A DNA stretch of 63,984 nt, the filler included, from a bacterium (GTDB taxonomy: Bacteria; JBBIVP01), in NCBI GenBank assembly GCA_037439705.1. It is 11 parts of 11 records of this genome, joined end to end, with 100 filler letters (N's around TTAATTAATTAA, not from the genome) between each part and the next. Parts side by side here need not be neighbours in the genome. Positions count along the whole stretch, not along the records: positions 1 to 6,354 come from JBBIVP010000126.1; positions 6,455 to 12,715 come from JBBIVP010000127.1; 9 more parts are not named here. One strand, 5' to 3'. Both the position numbers and the translations under genes were made by a program. Shown here one piece after another: positions 1-10,943 of this stretch (within the stretch, counting starts at the first letter, position 1; every line of letters begins with the position of its first letter). The notes beneath the pieces are model-generated. The model worked only from the letters and a program-made list of their open reading frames with translations. It did no database searches and had not been told where the DNA came from.

Positions 1-56
1 GCCTTCAAACTTGAGGCAAACAGTAAAAAAATTGTTCCTAATACCACCTTCTTCAT
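1..56 (-). CDS. 5' fragment of a secreted protein (runs off the window edge)
   Basis: AGGAGGT Shine-Dalgarno (SD), then ATG at 56 reading MKKVVLGTIFLLFASSLK, which looks like a signal peptide; directly downstream of the acylase gene. Confidence 0.5.
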   Translation of the reverse strand, partial: MKKVVLGTIFLLFASSLK

Positions 57-70
57 TTTTTCAACCTCCT

Positions 71-2994
71 TTATTTTGGTTCAAATATAATAAGTTCCTC
101 TGCTGACTTTTTAACATCTTCGTCCTTAAATGGAAATTCTTTATACTTGTTCTGCCACCAGAGTTCCTTTATCTGGTCTGAGTAATGGTTGCTCTTCGGT
201 CGGGCAACATTTCCACCCGGAATAGCAGTCCATGCCTTTGGACCATCCTTTGTCATCTCTACCACCATCCTGTAGGATGGTCCGGAACTGTATGTCCATG
301 TTCTTGGTGTGCTTTCATCCGTTTTTGAAAGTCCTGGGTCTGAATTATCAACCACAAACTGGTCTCCAGCTCGTGGAAATCCTATTCCAACAGGAGATAG
401 AACGCCGTATACAGGGTCAAACTGGGAAGGAACATTCAGAATTGCTATTTCAGGAGGGCATTCTGCAATGCATGAAATGTGTTTGAGAATGAGTTTGTGA
501 ATTTTTCCCCAGAGCCAGGAGGAAGGGTCTGAAGTCCCAATGGCGTTTTTAAGACCAGCGAGAGCCTCCCTGAATGACTTGAGGACTATGTCATCCCTTG
601 TTTCCTCAGGATCCGTATTTATATCATCCCAGAATGGACTGGATTTTGATTCTCCATCTCCTGTTAACTGACAGGGTTCAGCAGGATTTGAAGCACAATT
701 TTTTCTGAATGTTATGTGATAGATTGCCATTCCATATATCTGGTCAGGTAGGGCTTCTCCTGTTTCATCGTCAAAGGTGTTATGGACGAAGTTCGCATAC
801 CATGTGTGGAATATGCTTGTTGCGATGGCATTCTTCATTGTTGCCTCATCCTTTTGAATTTTTCCATCTTTCAATTGATATCCAGATGAAGTATCGCAAT
901 TCCAGTCTTTTAGATATTCGCTGTATATGGATTTTTCACTGTCATCAAGTTCATTCCATTTATTAGCAGTAAGACCATCTTTCAAAACAGGGAGAAAGTC
1001 ATCACAGGTATTTGAATGAGCGTCTGCTTGAATCTATTTTAAATCGACAGGATTAATATTGCTTTTATCAATAAGTATTATGTTTATAAGGGTTTGAATT
1101 CTATTAGCNNNNNNNNNNCTTTTAAATCTTCTGCATTAATTTTTCCTTTTCCCTTCAGTTTCTCGTTTATCAAGGTCTGGATTCTTGAAGCCCTGTATCC
1201 GAGGTCAAAATATGCACCAATGTATGGAGAAGTGATTGGTGAAGGAGAGTTGTTTGCGGTAACTATGAATCCGGATTCTGGATTTTCAAGGGAGATTAAG
1301 TTTAAAAGGTCATCTCCCTCAATGGATCCTTTCCAGTCGCATCTTCCATCTCCTGGCATGGGAAGGACAGGAGGAATTATATGGGGTGGAAGAGGATTGA
1401 AATTCTCGTCCGCACAATTTATTATATTTCTTTCTGGAACCAATGCATGGGGAAACCATCCTATGTTTCCATCCCTGTCAATTATGAGTTGATTCTGGGC
1501 ACCTACCTTGAAGTTCTTAACAGCCTCCTTTGCATCATTAATTCCCTTAGCTTTTAGATAACCAAGAAATGTTCTCAGTTCCAGTGATGGCTCAAATCCT
1601 GTCCATCGGACACTTATGAGTTGAGGCGGGTTTTCTTCAAGCATCTTGGATACCACAGGTCCATGTCCTTCAACCTCGTATATTGTTACAGGAAGGATAC
1701 AAAGCCCAATATTATTGGAATAAAAAGGTTCTGATATCTCCACAGGATATTCTTTCAATTCATCCATAATATCTTGTTCAATTCCACAGGAACCGTTCTC
1801 GGGTAAAAATGGAATTGATTCATTTCTTTCAAGCACCTCAACCCATTCTCCATTTCTCAAAACCTTCCACCGCTTATTACTATAAGATAAAATCTCCACA
1901 TAGAAGTCCGTTACATCGTAGCCAACAACTGTTTCTGCCCAGGCAATGTTATCTGTAAAGCCAATAACAATTCCGGGTGCTCCCGTAAATATGACACCTC
2001 CCGCATTTATTTCTCCTCCATTTTTCTTCGTGTTGAGGTGCTCCTCATGAAATACAGGTGGCTGGGTCAAAGAAAGGTGCGGGTCATTTGCAATTAATGG
2101 ATTTCCAGTTTCACTTATTGAGCCACTAATAGCCCAGTTGTTGCTCATATATCTTGAACCCCTGAATATCTCAAAAACAGGCTCAAGATTTTTCAGGACA
2201 GGAGATTCTTTTATTTTCATCCGGTAATCAATTTTCAATCTATCTTTTTTCATTGAAAGGCTTGAACTTATCCTCTGAGGAATCTGGATGTGAACATCCC
2301 TTACAGGATACGACCTCATTGTGTTTATGTTGAAGGCTAAGAGGTCCATCAACATTCCTGATACGAGCGTTATATTTCCAGGATATTCTTGAAGAAGTCT
2401 CTCCTGAATTTTTTTATACTTCTCTCCGAAACTTCCCTCATCCTCAAAGCTGAGATTGAAGGTCATAAATCTTGCAAAGGCAAGCGTGTCAATTGGAGTC
2501 CAGGGAGGTAGATTTTTCGCACTTGATATGCCCAGTGCGAGAAGTTCAAATGGAAGGTCATAAGGTTTCGCATTTCTCATAAACTCATTTACGCCATCAG
2601 CGTATGCCTGAAGCAATTCTTTTTCTTCATCAGGAATCATCTCCCACATTTTCTCTGCTACTCCTTTCAAATTGAAGAGCCTCATAGTTAAATCCATCGG
2701 AAGTGTAGATTGACCGATGAGCATTGAAAGTTCACCCTTTGCCAGTCCTCTCATCAGAAGCATCTGAAAGAGTCTATCCCATGCCTGCATGTATCCCTGA
2801 ACAAAGAACAGGTCTTTTTCGGTCTTTGCATAGATGTGAATCACACCCCATTCATCCCTGATGACCTCAACCTTATTTTCAATTCCCGTCACCTCTCTTT
2901 TTTCGGATACTGTCAGGTCAAAAATTCCATTTTCCTTTGCGCAGGAAAGGGTTAAACAAAGACCAAAAGCCATAAAAATTATTCTTCCCTTCAT
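71..2994 (-). CDS. Penicillin acylase family (Ntn-hydrolase, peptidase S45) lipoprotein, split by a scaffold gap at 1109-1118
   Basis: Lipobox LSC; motifs VIRDEWGVIHIYA, QGYMQAWDRLFQM, beta-chain start SNNW, IANDPHL, and GPSYRMVVEM...PGG in the C-terminal ORF 71..985; the two ORFs are halves of one gene. Confidence 0.85.
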
Positions 2995-3004
2995 GCCTTC
3001 CTCC

Positions 3005-4711
3005 TTACAAAAGGTATTCTATCTTAACCATTAAATTGTCCCTGTCTTTTAAGAATCCAACTCCAGAGTAATCTCCAGCAAGGTAATTGTATTCAATCCG
3101 CACCCTGAACGGGTCTCTGTAATAGCTTATTGATGGTTGAATCACATAAGCAAACATATTGAAATTTCCAAATTCCATTATCATTGAGAATTCAGGGCTA
3201 AGGTATCCCTTTAAAACAGGATAGCCTGTTCTCATAAGAAATGTTGCCTTGTAGGAATTTGGAGAGAGAGCTACGAAGTAAGGTTTTGAGAGGGGGTGAC
3301 TGCTTCCATCAGGAAGTGGTACTTTCCTTTCTTCGACTCTGTTCTGTATGGAATAGGAAGCACCATCAGGAAGTTCCCTTATATGTTCTCCGAAGAACTG
3401 GGCTGATATAAAGAATGTCTGTCTCGGGTTGAGGAACCTTATCCACTGATTTCTGTCAATTCCTATTGCCCATCTTATCATTCCTCTTTTTTCAATCTCG
3501 CCTTCAATTCCCTCTTCCAGAACCCCCTTTTGCTCAAGGAGTGCATTGAGTAAGGATGGATAATCGTCAAGTTTCTCTTCAGGAAGTTCAAGAACGGGTC
3601 TTAGAATTGGGATGTTCTTTTCCGGGATAAAAAGGGGATAGTTGTAGATATATGCAAACTCAAGCCTTATTATTGAATAGGGAGAGAACGGAATTGGACC
3701 TGAAAGCGAAGCACCGGAAAGCATTATTCTCGGGTAACCAAGTTCAATATAAGGAACCCCTGAGGGAAATGCTTCTTTTATTGGTTTTTCAGCATCAGGA
3801 ATATTCTTGATTACAGGGTCAAAGATTGTTTTATCAAACCGAAGATAAGGTGTTGGATTGTCAATGTATGTCCAGTAGTTAGCAAGAGAGAATGTGTAAT
3901 CGCCGATTGTTCCAAAAAATCTTCCTCCAAACCTTGAATCCTTCCATGCCTCTTTTTTTGGCATTCTCATTTCAAATGGAGTTGGAGGACCTGTTACAAT
4001 AGCCCATGGAGCACCAGCTGGAAGGGTTGGTCCTTTTGTAAGTTCAGGTTCTGGTTCAATGAATCCTTCAAGTGAGAGGCTGTAAAATTTCCAGAAACTT
4101 CCGAGGTCCAGTGTTCCTTTTATCATAAACGAAGGAACCCTTCTTTCATCAAGGGCTGTTAAGAATCCTCCGAAGGTCTGGTCAAGAGGATTTATCTGGT
4201 CAAGGAGCCTGAAGACATCCGTTTCACCCCATGAGATGTTCTGTTTTCCTATTCTGAAATATAACCTTTCAAGAAGCCTGAGATCTCCGTAAACCTCAAA
4301 AAGCCTCATCTTGAGTTTTAAATCATCTGTGATTTCATCTGGAAGCCTTTTTCTGTAAAAATCAGGACCATAGTCATAAACCCCATCGTATTCAATCCTC
4401 ACCCCTATGAAATACTTCATCCTGTCAATTCCCAGGTTATCCCTGAACCATTTTAAAACTGGTGTCACATCGGTTCTTGCTGAAAGGTCCTGCATAAGTT
4501 GCGGTTCAAGGTAGGTTCTGTGCTGAAGAAGACTCCACGCTCCAACATTGTAGTATTCCTTTCTAAAAAGTTCAGGTTCCTGAGTTAGAATTCTTCCTAA
4601 TGTGTAGGTTCTCATTGTAAAAACTATGCTCCGGTCCTCATCAAGAAAAACTGCCCCATACGCCTGGATAGCGCCCATCAGCATTCCTATTATCAGGATC
4701 CCATTCTTCAT
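3005..4711 (-). CDS. Outer-membrane protein, DUF1302-like
   Basis: Signal peptide; RIGKQNISWGETDVFRLLDQINPLD motif; C-terminal GFLKDRDNLMVKIEY. Confidence 0.6.
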   Translation of the reverse strand: MKNGILIIGMLMGAIQAYGAVFLDEDRSIVFTMRTYTLGRILTQEPELFRKEYYNVGAWSLLQHRTYLEPQLMQDLSARTDVTPVLKWFRDNLGIDRMKYFIGVRIEYDGVYDYGPDFYRKRLPDEITDDLKLKMRLFEVYGDLRLLERLYFRIGKQNISWGETDVFRLLDQINPLDQTFGGFLTALDERRVPSFMIKGTLDLGSFWKFYSLSLEGFIEPEPELTKGPTLPAGAPWAIVTGPPTPFEMRMPKKEAWKDSRFGGRFFGTIGDYTFSLANYWTYIDNPTPYLRFDKTIFDPVIKNIPDAEKPIKEAFPSGVPYIELGYPRIMLSGASLSGPIPFSPYSIIRLEFAYIYNYPLFIPEKNIPILRPVLELPEEKLDDYPSLLNALLEQKGVLEEGIEGEIEKRGMIRWAIGIDRNQWIRFLNPRQTFFISAQFFGEHIRELPDGASYSIQNRVEERKVPLPDGSSHPLSKPYFVALSPNSYKATFLMRTGYPVLKGYLSPEFSMIMEFGNFNMFAYVIQPSISYYRDPFRVRIEYNYLAGDYSGVGFLKDRDNLMVKIEYLL

Positions 4712-4829
4712 TTTATTCCTCCTTTTTTCATATATTATTTTTTAAATATTTTTCCTTTATGTGTCAAGCGAAATTTTTTCTCCATTTTGTTCTCTTTCAC
4801 TGATAAAAAATAAATGATAAAATTAAACT

Positions 4830-6290
4830 ATGAAAAAATTAGAAATTTTCGTTTTGCCATTAAGTTTATTCCTTGCGATTTTCGCTGTTAAAATTATAAT
4901 CTCCGAGGGAAATCCCCTCAAATTCCTTTTGATTTTTCAGATAGTCTCCCTTTTCTGTTTGATAGCGCTCATTGACATAAAGGCGTCCATCTTCTTTGTC
5001 TTTTTATGGCTTCCCTTTAAGGGGTTAATAAGAAGGCTCTTTTACCTTATTACACCCTTCACAAGGTATGATGTTATTCATCTAACTGAGGTTTTTTACC
5101 TTTTATTTTTGATGACATATCTTTTCATAAATATGAGAAAAGAGCTTTCCGATGAATATTCAAGGAATAAAGCATTCAGGATATATCTCTTTCTTCTTTT
5201 TGTATTTTTCCTTCAGATTTTTAACCCCCTTCAGGGAAATATCCTTGTTGGACTTGCTGGCTCCATATTTATGATATTTCCTTCTCTGTGGTTTATTCCA
5301 GGTTTTCTTTTTGGAGATGAGGAATTTTTAAAAAGGATTTTAAAGGTCATTTCAATAACTGCCCTAATCACTGCCATATATGGAATTTTTCAATTTTTTT
5401 ATGGTTTGATGCCCTTTGAGGATTACTGGGTAAAGAATGTTCAGAAGCAATATGTAACTGTAAAGATGTGGGGGCACCCGAGGGCATTTTCTTCTTTTAT
5501 GAGTCCTGATGAATCAAGCAGGTTCTTTGCAATTGGGGGTGCAATAATGTTTGGGAGGATGATATTTGAAAAATCGCTCCTACCACTCCCCTTCCTCATA
5601 CCAATCACTTTAGCCCTTATTTTTACGGGTGTCAGGTCATCTGTGTTCTCACTCTTATTTTCCATTTTTGTTCTCTTTTCTTTAACAGCGAGGGAGGTAA
5701 AGAAGGCTTTTATAAGAGGGGTTCTTGTATTTTTCGTTCTATATGCCATTTTTGAACTCTTAATAAGCCCCCCTCCCAGACCGATGGGAGGTATGAAGGT
5801 GACACAGGTTTATTACTTACACATAATGAGGGGTTTAAAATCACCAACAGAAGAAGAGACATTTCAGACGAGGTTAAAAATATGGAAATACTACCTTATA
5901 GATTATGTTCTCAAATACCCATTTGGACATGGTCTTGGAAGCGGAACCCTTGCAGGCTCTAAATTTGGAGGGGAGACATACGGAACAGAGAGTTACCTCT
6001 TCGCCCTTCTTCCATCCTCAGGAATTATAGGCTTTCTCACATTTATATACCTTCTCTATTTCATTTTTAGAAATTCATTTAAAGAAGTTCTGAATTCAGA
6101 AAGCACAATAAAAATTGCCTTTTCCATCCTTTCCTTAATTTCGTTGAGCAGTGTTTTTGGAGGCGCTTTCAGGATGCCATCAACCGGTCCGGTGGGATGG
6201 TTTCTTCTCGGTGCATTTTCAAGACTTCTTACAAAAAGTTCTGATTTCAAATCCGAGATGGAGAAGGGAGACGATGGAATTTATAAATGA
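4830..6290 (+). CDS. O-antigen ligase/Wzy-like polytopic membrane protein
   Basis: Many transmembrane segments; RAFSSF, FTGVRS, R..IW...PFGHGLG motifs. Confidence 0.7.
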   Translation: MKKLEIFVLPLSLFLAIFAVKIIISEGNPLKFLLIFQIVSLFCLIALIDIKASIFFVFLWLPFKGLIRRLFYLITPFTRYDVIHLTEVFYLLFLMTYLFINMRKELSDEYSRNKAFRIYLFLLFVFFLQIFNPLQGNILVGLAGSIFMIFPSLWFIPGFLFGDEEFLKRILKVISITALITAIYGIFQFFYGLMPFEDYWVKNVQKQYVTVKMWGHPRAFSSFMSPDESSRFFAIGGAIMFGRMIFEKSLLPLPFLIPITLALIFTGVRSSVFSLLFSIFVLFSLTAREVKKAFIRGVLVFFVLYAIFELLISPPPRPMGGMKVTQVYYLHIMRGLKSPTEEETFQTRLKIWKYYLIDYVLKYPFGHGLGSGTLAGSKFGGETYGTESYLFALLPSSGIIGFLTFIYLLYFIFRNSFKEVLNSESTIKIAFSILSLISLSSVFGGAFRMPSTGPVGWFLLGAFSRLLTKSSDFKSEMEKGDDGIYK

Positions 6291-6354
6291 ATTGCCCAGA
6301 TTAATGAGAGGGTTATCGTATTTAACCTGAACCCCAAAAATCTGGTGCACAGCC

Positions 6355-6454
6355 NNNNNNNNNNNNNNNNNNNNNNNNNNNNNNNNNNNNNNNNNNNNTT
6401 AATTAATTAANNNNNNNNNNNNNNNNNNNNNNNNNNNNNNNNNNNNNNNNNNNN
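6355..6454. other. Artificial contig spacer (N-run with TTAATTAATTAA); the same spacer occurs at 12716-12815, 18912-19011, 25093-25192, 31218-31317, 37312-37411, 43300-43399, 49261-49360, 55205-55304 and 61134-61233
   Basis: Ten 100-nt spacers with a stop-in-all-frames linker; complete contigs fall monotonically from 6261 to 5829 nt. Confidence 0.98.
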
Positions 6455-6828
6455 GGAATGCTTTCCTGCATGAATTCTCCCCTTTTTCGGACACATTTTA
6501 AAGCGTCTTCAAAGGAAATTGAGTCTGCTGATAAAAGGGCGGTCCACTCTCCAAGGCTGTGCCCTGCTGAAAAATCAGGAGATATTCCAAGAATTTCTTT
6601 CAAAACTCTCAAACCAGAAAAACTCACGGTCAGGATTGATGGTTGTGCGTTGAATGTAAGTTTTAGTTCCGAGTTTGAACTTTCAAAGCATAATTTCTTC
6701 ATGTTCAATTTTAATGTATCAGACGCAAGTTCAAATACTTCTTTTACGCACTTAAATTCATCAAACAGGTTTTTTCCCATTCCAGAAAATTGAGAGCCCT
6801 GCCCAGGAAACAGAAAGCCTTTTTTCAT
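6455..6828 (-). CDS. fabD: Malonyl-CoA:ACP transacylase (3' truncated)
   Basis: FPGQGSQ, AQPSI, GHSLGE motifs; position in the fab operon. Confidence 0.95.
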
Positions 6829-7766
6829 TTCTTAAACCTCTTCAACCCTTCAATTATCTCTTCTGCTTCTTTTATTATGTCCTCAATTATATTTTTTACA
6901 GGCTTTATATCTTTTATCAAGCCTGATATCTGTCCCGCCATCAGAGAACCCCATTCCATATCTCCTTCAACAGCCCTTCTTAAAGAACCGACTCCAAGCG
7001 CCTCAAGTTCCTTGAGGGTAGCTCCCTCTTTTTCCTTTTTCAGGAATTCAAGAGCGAGTTTGTTTCTTATAACCCTTACCGGATGCCCGGTAGATGCACC
7101 TGTTACAACAGTATCCCTTTCCATGGCGTTAATTATCTCCTGTTTATAAGAAGGATGGACAGGAGCCTCATTTGAAGCAATAAATCTTGTGCCCATCTGA
7201 ATTCCAACTGCACCGAGGGATAGAGCTGAAACAAGCCCCCTTCCATCTGCTATTCCTCCTGCAGCAACCACAGGGATTGAAACAGCATCAACGATCTGCG
7301 GGACAAGGCACATGGTGGTTACATCTCCAATATGACCTCCTGATTCCATTCCCTCAGCAATTATGCATGTGGCACCTTGCTTCTCCAGCCTTTTTGCAAG
7401 GGATACACTTGAGACCACAGGAAAAATTTTTATTCCATGCTCTTTTAGTTCCTTTATGTATTTTCCAGGCGTTCCAGCCCCTGTTGAAATGGCTTTAACC
7501 CTTTCCTCAATGCAGACCTTTATCTGTTCTTCCACCGATGGATGTAGGAGATAGATGTTTACTCCAAAATTTTTTCCTCCGATTTCCTTTAATTTTCTTA
7601 TTTCTTTTCTCAGTTCATCAGGAGAAAAAATTGCTGATGTTAGAAATCCAAATGCTCCCGCTTTTTCAACCGCATACACCAGTTCAGCCCTTGATACCCA
7701 TGCCATTCCTCCTTGAAGGATTGGATGTTCAATCTCAAGGATTTCACATAGAATCGTCTTTAACAT
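6825..7766 (-). CDS. fabK: Enoyl-ACP reductase II (FabK/nitronate monooxygenase family)
   Basis: PILQGGMAWVS, EGMESGGHIG, AAGGIADGRG, MAGQISGLI; probable ATG at 7766 just after the fabH stop. Confidence 0.9.
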   Translation of the reverse strand: MLKTILCEILEIEHPILQGGMAWVSRAELVYAVEKAGAFGFLTSAIFSPDELRKEIRKLKEIGGKNFGVNIYLLHPSVEEQIKVCIEERVKAISTGAGTPGKYIKELKEHGIKIFPVVSSVSLAKRLEKQGATCIIAEGMESGGHIGDVTTMCLVPQIVDAVSIPVVAAGGIADGRGLVSALSLGAVGIQMGTRFIASNEAPVHPSYKQEIINAMERDTVVTGASTGHPVRVIRNKLALEFLKKEKEGATLKELEALGVGSLRRAVEGDMEWGSLMAGQISGLIKDIKPVKNIIEDIIKEAEEIIEGLKRFKK

Positions 7767-7767
7767 A

Positions 7768-8739
7768 TTACCACTCCATAAGACAGGCTCCAAAGGTGTA
7801 TCCTGCTCCAAAAGAAGCCATGCAGACGAGGTCTCCCTTTTTTAAAATTTCTTTTCTTTCAATTTCATCAAGGGCAACAGGAATGGATGCGGCAGAAGTA
7901 TTTCCGAGATGTGATATGTTTGAGTAAACTCTTTCCTTTTCAAATCCAAGTTTTTCAGCAAGGGATATTGTAATCCTTTTGTTAGCCTGATGGGGAATGA
8001 GCATTGAGATTTCATCGTTTTTTATTCCATTTTTCTCCAGCAGGTTTTTTATTGCCTCTTCCATTCCCGAAATGGCATTTCTGAATACTTCCTTCCCTTT
8101 CATACTCAATGTATGGAGGTTTAGACTCACAGTCCTTTCTGATGCTGGAAGTTTTGAACCTCCAGCAGGCACAAGAAGGGATTTCCATCCTGTTCCATCT
8201 GCTGTAAGATAAAAATCAAGAAGTTTATGACCGGGCGGTTCTTTTCCAAGAACGACCGCTCCCGCTGCATCTCCGAAAAGGATGGAGGTGTTTCTGTCTT
8301 TATAATTCAAAATTCTTGTGAGATATTCAGCGCCTATCACAAGTGCTGAGCCTTCTATTTTTTCAACAATCATTGAAGCGAGAAAAAGTCCGTAGAGGAA
8401 TCCTGAACAGGCTGCTGATATGTCAAAGGCTATAGCCCTTTTTATGCCAAGTTTTGATTGAAGAACACAGGCTGAGGAAGGCGTTAAAAATTCGGGAGTA
8501 ATGGTTGCAAAAATTATAGCACTTATGTGCTCCGTATTTAATCCAGCCATTTCAATTGCTGAAAGTGAAGCATAAAAAGCCATATCTACTACTCCTTTTG
8601 AAATGCTCTTTCTCCTTTCAACAATGCCTGTTCTCTGAAATATCCATTCTTCATCAACTCCAAATTTTTTTGACAGTTCTTTATTTGAAATCCTTTCATC
8701 GGGTATGAAACTTCCTGTTCCCTTTATGTAGGAAGCCAT
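7768..8739 (-). CDS. fabH: 3-oxoacyl-ACP synthase III
   Basis: AACSGF, PHQAN, GNTSAASIP catalytic motifs. Confidence 0.95.
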   Translation of the reverse strand: MASYIKGTGSFIPDERISNKELSKKFGVDEEWIFQRTGIVERRKSISKGVVDMAFYASLSAIEMAGLNTEHISAIIFATITPEFLTPSSACVLQSKLGIKRAIAFDISAACSGFLYGLFLASMIVEKIEGSALVIGAEYLTRILNYKDRNTSILFGDAAGAVVLGKEPPGHKLLDFYLTADGTGWKSLLVPAGGSKLPASERTVSLNLHTLSMKGKEVFRNAISGMEEAIKNLLEKNGIKNDEISMLIPHQANKRITISLAEKLGFEKERVYSNISHLGNTSAASIPVALDEIERKEILKKGDLVCMASFGAGYTFGACLMEW

Positions 8740-9722
8740 TTTAAGCTCTCTTCAATAGCATTAAGGACCTTTTCTATAAGCCCGTCCCTTGCGATTTTCT
8801 CTGCAAGTTTTAATGCGTTTTTTATAGCAAGAGGAGGAGAAGAACCATGACATATAAATACAGGTTTTTTTACTCCAAGAAGAGGGGCTCCCCCGTACTC
8901 AGAATAATCAAGTTCCTTTTTTACCTTTGAGAGAGCATTTCTCATGAGCAGATATCCAAAAATAGCCTTCGGGCTCCTTTTTACCTCTTCTTTCACAGCA
9001 TCAAGTATAAACTGAACAAGTGCCTCCCCTGATTTGAGAACCGTATTTCCTACAAATCCATCGCACACTACAACATCTACGCTTCCTATGAATATGTCCC
9101 TTCCCTCAACAAGTCCGATGTAATTTATGGGTGCATTTGTAAGTATTTTATCTGCTTCCTTAACCACTCTATTTCCCTTCCCCTTTTCCTTTCCTGTGCT
9201 CAATAGCCCTATGGAAGGTGAGTTTTTATTGAATGCAATTCTGTAATAAACTTCTCCCATTATTGCAAATTGAGTAAGTTGAAGAGCATTTGAATCTACA
9301 TTTGCCCCCATGTCAATAAGTAGGCTTGCTCCATTTTTTCTTGGAACAATTCCGCCTATTGCAGGTCTTATTACTCCTTCTGCTGTTCCGAGATTGAAAA
9401 GGGAAAAAGCCATAACAGCACCTGTATTTCCAGCACTTACAAAGGCATCTCCATATCCTTCCTTAAGGAGTTTTATTCCGAGTCCAATTGTTGAATTTTT
9501 TTTTCTTCTTATCGCTTCAGATGGACTATCCTCCATTTCAACCCTTTCCTCACAATTGTATATCTCAATTTTTTTTATAATTTCCTTCTTAAGCCTTTTT
9601 TTGAAAATTTTTTCTGGACCAATCAGTATGAGAGAGATTCCTTCCCTCACAGCTTCGGATGCAGCAACAAGTTCTGCCTCCGGCGCATTATCCCCTCCCA
9701 ACCCATCAAGGATGATTTTCAT
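8724..9722 (-). CDS. plsX: Phosphate acyltransferase PlsX
   Basis: GGDNAP, VSAGNTGA, DMGANVD, CDGFVGN, YGGAPLLG, HGSS. Confidence 0.95.
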   Translation of the reverse strand: MKIILDGLGGDNAPEAELVAASEAVREGISLILIGPEKIFKKRLKKEIIKKIEIYNCEERVEMEDSPSEAIRRKKNSTIGLGIKLLKEGYGDAFVSAGNTGAVMAFSLFNLGTAEGVIRPAIGGIVPRKNGASLLIDMGANVDSNALQLTQFAIMGEVYYRIAFNKNSPSIGLLSTGKEKGKGNRVVKEADKILTNAPINYIGLVEGRDIFIGSVDVVVCDGFVGNTVLKSGEALVQFILDAVKEEVKRSPKAIFGYLLMRNALSKVKKELDYSEYGGAPLLGVKKPVFICHGSSPPLAIKNALKLAEKIARDGLIEKVLNAIEESLKWLPT

Positions 9723-9723
9723 T

Positions 9724-9903
9724 TTACTCTTCTATTTCAAATATCTGCCTGTCTTTGTAATATCCGCAGTTTGGACATACCCTGTGAGGGAGCTTGATGT
9801 GCCCACATCTCGGACACCTTGACTGTGGCGGTGGAGAAAGATGTTGATGAGAAGCCTTTTTATCCCTTCTTGACTTAGAATGTTTTCTTTTAGGTACACC
9901 CAT
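9724..9903 (-). CDS. rpmF: 50S ribosomal protein L32, zinc-binding type (absent from the ORF track)
   Basis: Manual translation MGVPKRKHSKSRRDKKASHQHLSPPPQSRCPRCGHIKLPHRVCPNCGYYKDRQIFEIEE; canonical position between yceD and plsX. Confidence 0.97.
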   Translation of the reverse strand: MGVPKRKHSKSRRDKKASHQHLSPPPQSRCPRCGHIKLPHRVCPNCGYYKDRQIFEIEE

Positions 9904-9912
9904 TTTCTCACC

Positions 9913-10467
9913 TCATTTTTTTGATATATATTTTTTTAAACTTTCAAGTGTTTGCCACCTTTCATCTTTTATAACCTTTTCTTTTTCGCATGTGCAACTT
10001 TCATAGTTTTTGTTTTTTCCGCATGTGGGACATATTCCCTTGCAGTCCTCTCTGCACAAGGGGTATGTAGGAATGTTAAGAATTATGTTTGCGGACATCA
10101 CCTCTTCCAGATCAAGTGTTCCCTTTTGGTAGAATTCCATTTCCATCTCATTTTTTCTCAATTCAAGAGGTTCTGAAGAACGAAATATAAACTCCTCTAA
10201 TGGATATAATTCTGAGACAAAATTTATTGATAGGGGATAGAGAAAAATGCTTGAACACCTTGAGCACTCAAGTTCAAGTTCTGTTTTTATTGTTCCTTCA
10301 ACCATTATCTTTGTCCCGAATCTTCGGATTTTCATAGTTCCTTTTATGGGTGATGTGAACCTGTAAATAGATGGCCATTGACTGTGATAGGATTCCATCC
10401 ATTCTTTTCCTTTTTCTAAACTTACTTCTAATCCTTCCTCCGGGATTTCCCATATTGAGATCTTCAT
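9913..10467 (-). CDS. yceD: DUF177/YceD family protein
   Basis: CSRC, PLCREDCKGICPTCG, DERWQTL; upstream of rpmF. Confidence 0.92.
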   Translation of the reverse strand: MKISIWEIPEEGLEVSLEKGKEWMESYHSQWPSIYRFTSPIKGTMKIRRFGTKIMVEGTIKTELELECSRCSSIFLYPLSINFVSELYPLEEFIFRSSEPLELRKNEMEMEFYQKGTLDLEEVMSANIILNIPTYPLCREDCKGICPTCGKNKNYESCTCEKEKVIKDERWQTLESLKKYISKK

Positions 10468-10541
10468 TTTTCATGCCCTCCAGTTTATTAAAATCCATAA
10501 CTAATGTCAAGCAAATTGAACATTTTAGTCATTTTTGTCTA

Positions 10542-10943
10542 TTATTCCTCCAACTCTATTCCTTTCTCAGAAAGGGCGAGCAAAACCTTCTGGGCAAGGG
10601 CATCCGGATTTATGGGTTTTGTCACATATCCATCGCATCCGCTTCTGTAACACCTTTCTATGGTATCTTTATCCTCTTTTCCTGTAACCACTATTACGCT
10701 CACATCCTTTAAAGATTCAGAACTCTTTACAAACTTTACTATACTTTCTCCCGTCATATCGGGAAGAACGAGGTCAAGAAAGAGGACATGAGGTTTTTCA
10801 GCAGCAATTTTTTTAATAGCTTCAACCCCTGAAGAGGCTTCAATCAGGGTAATTCCAAGTGGTTGCAATGCTTCCTTTTCCATCTTCAAAATTGCAGGTT
10901 CATCATCAACAAGCATAATTTTAATTTTCTTTCTATCTATCAT
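10542..10943 (-). CDS. Single-domain response regulator (CheY-like)
   Basis: LVDDE, FLDLVLPDMTG, VVTG, YVTKP. Confidence 0.9.
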   Translation of the reverse strand: MIDRKKIKIMLVDDEPAILKMEKEALQPLGITLIEASSGVEAIKKIAAEKPHVLFLDLVLPDMTGESIVKFVKSSESLKDVSVIVVTGKEDKDTIERCYRSGCDGYVTKPINPDALAQKVLLALSEKGIELEE

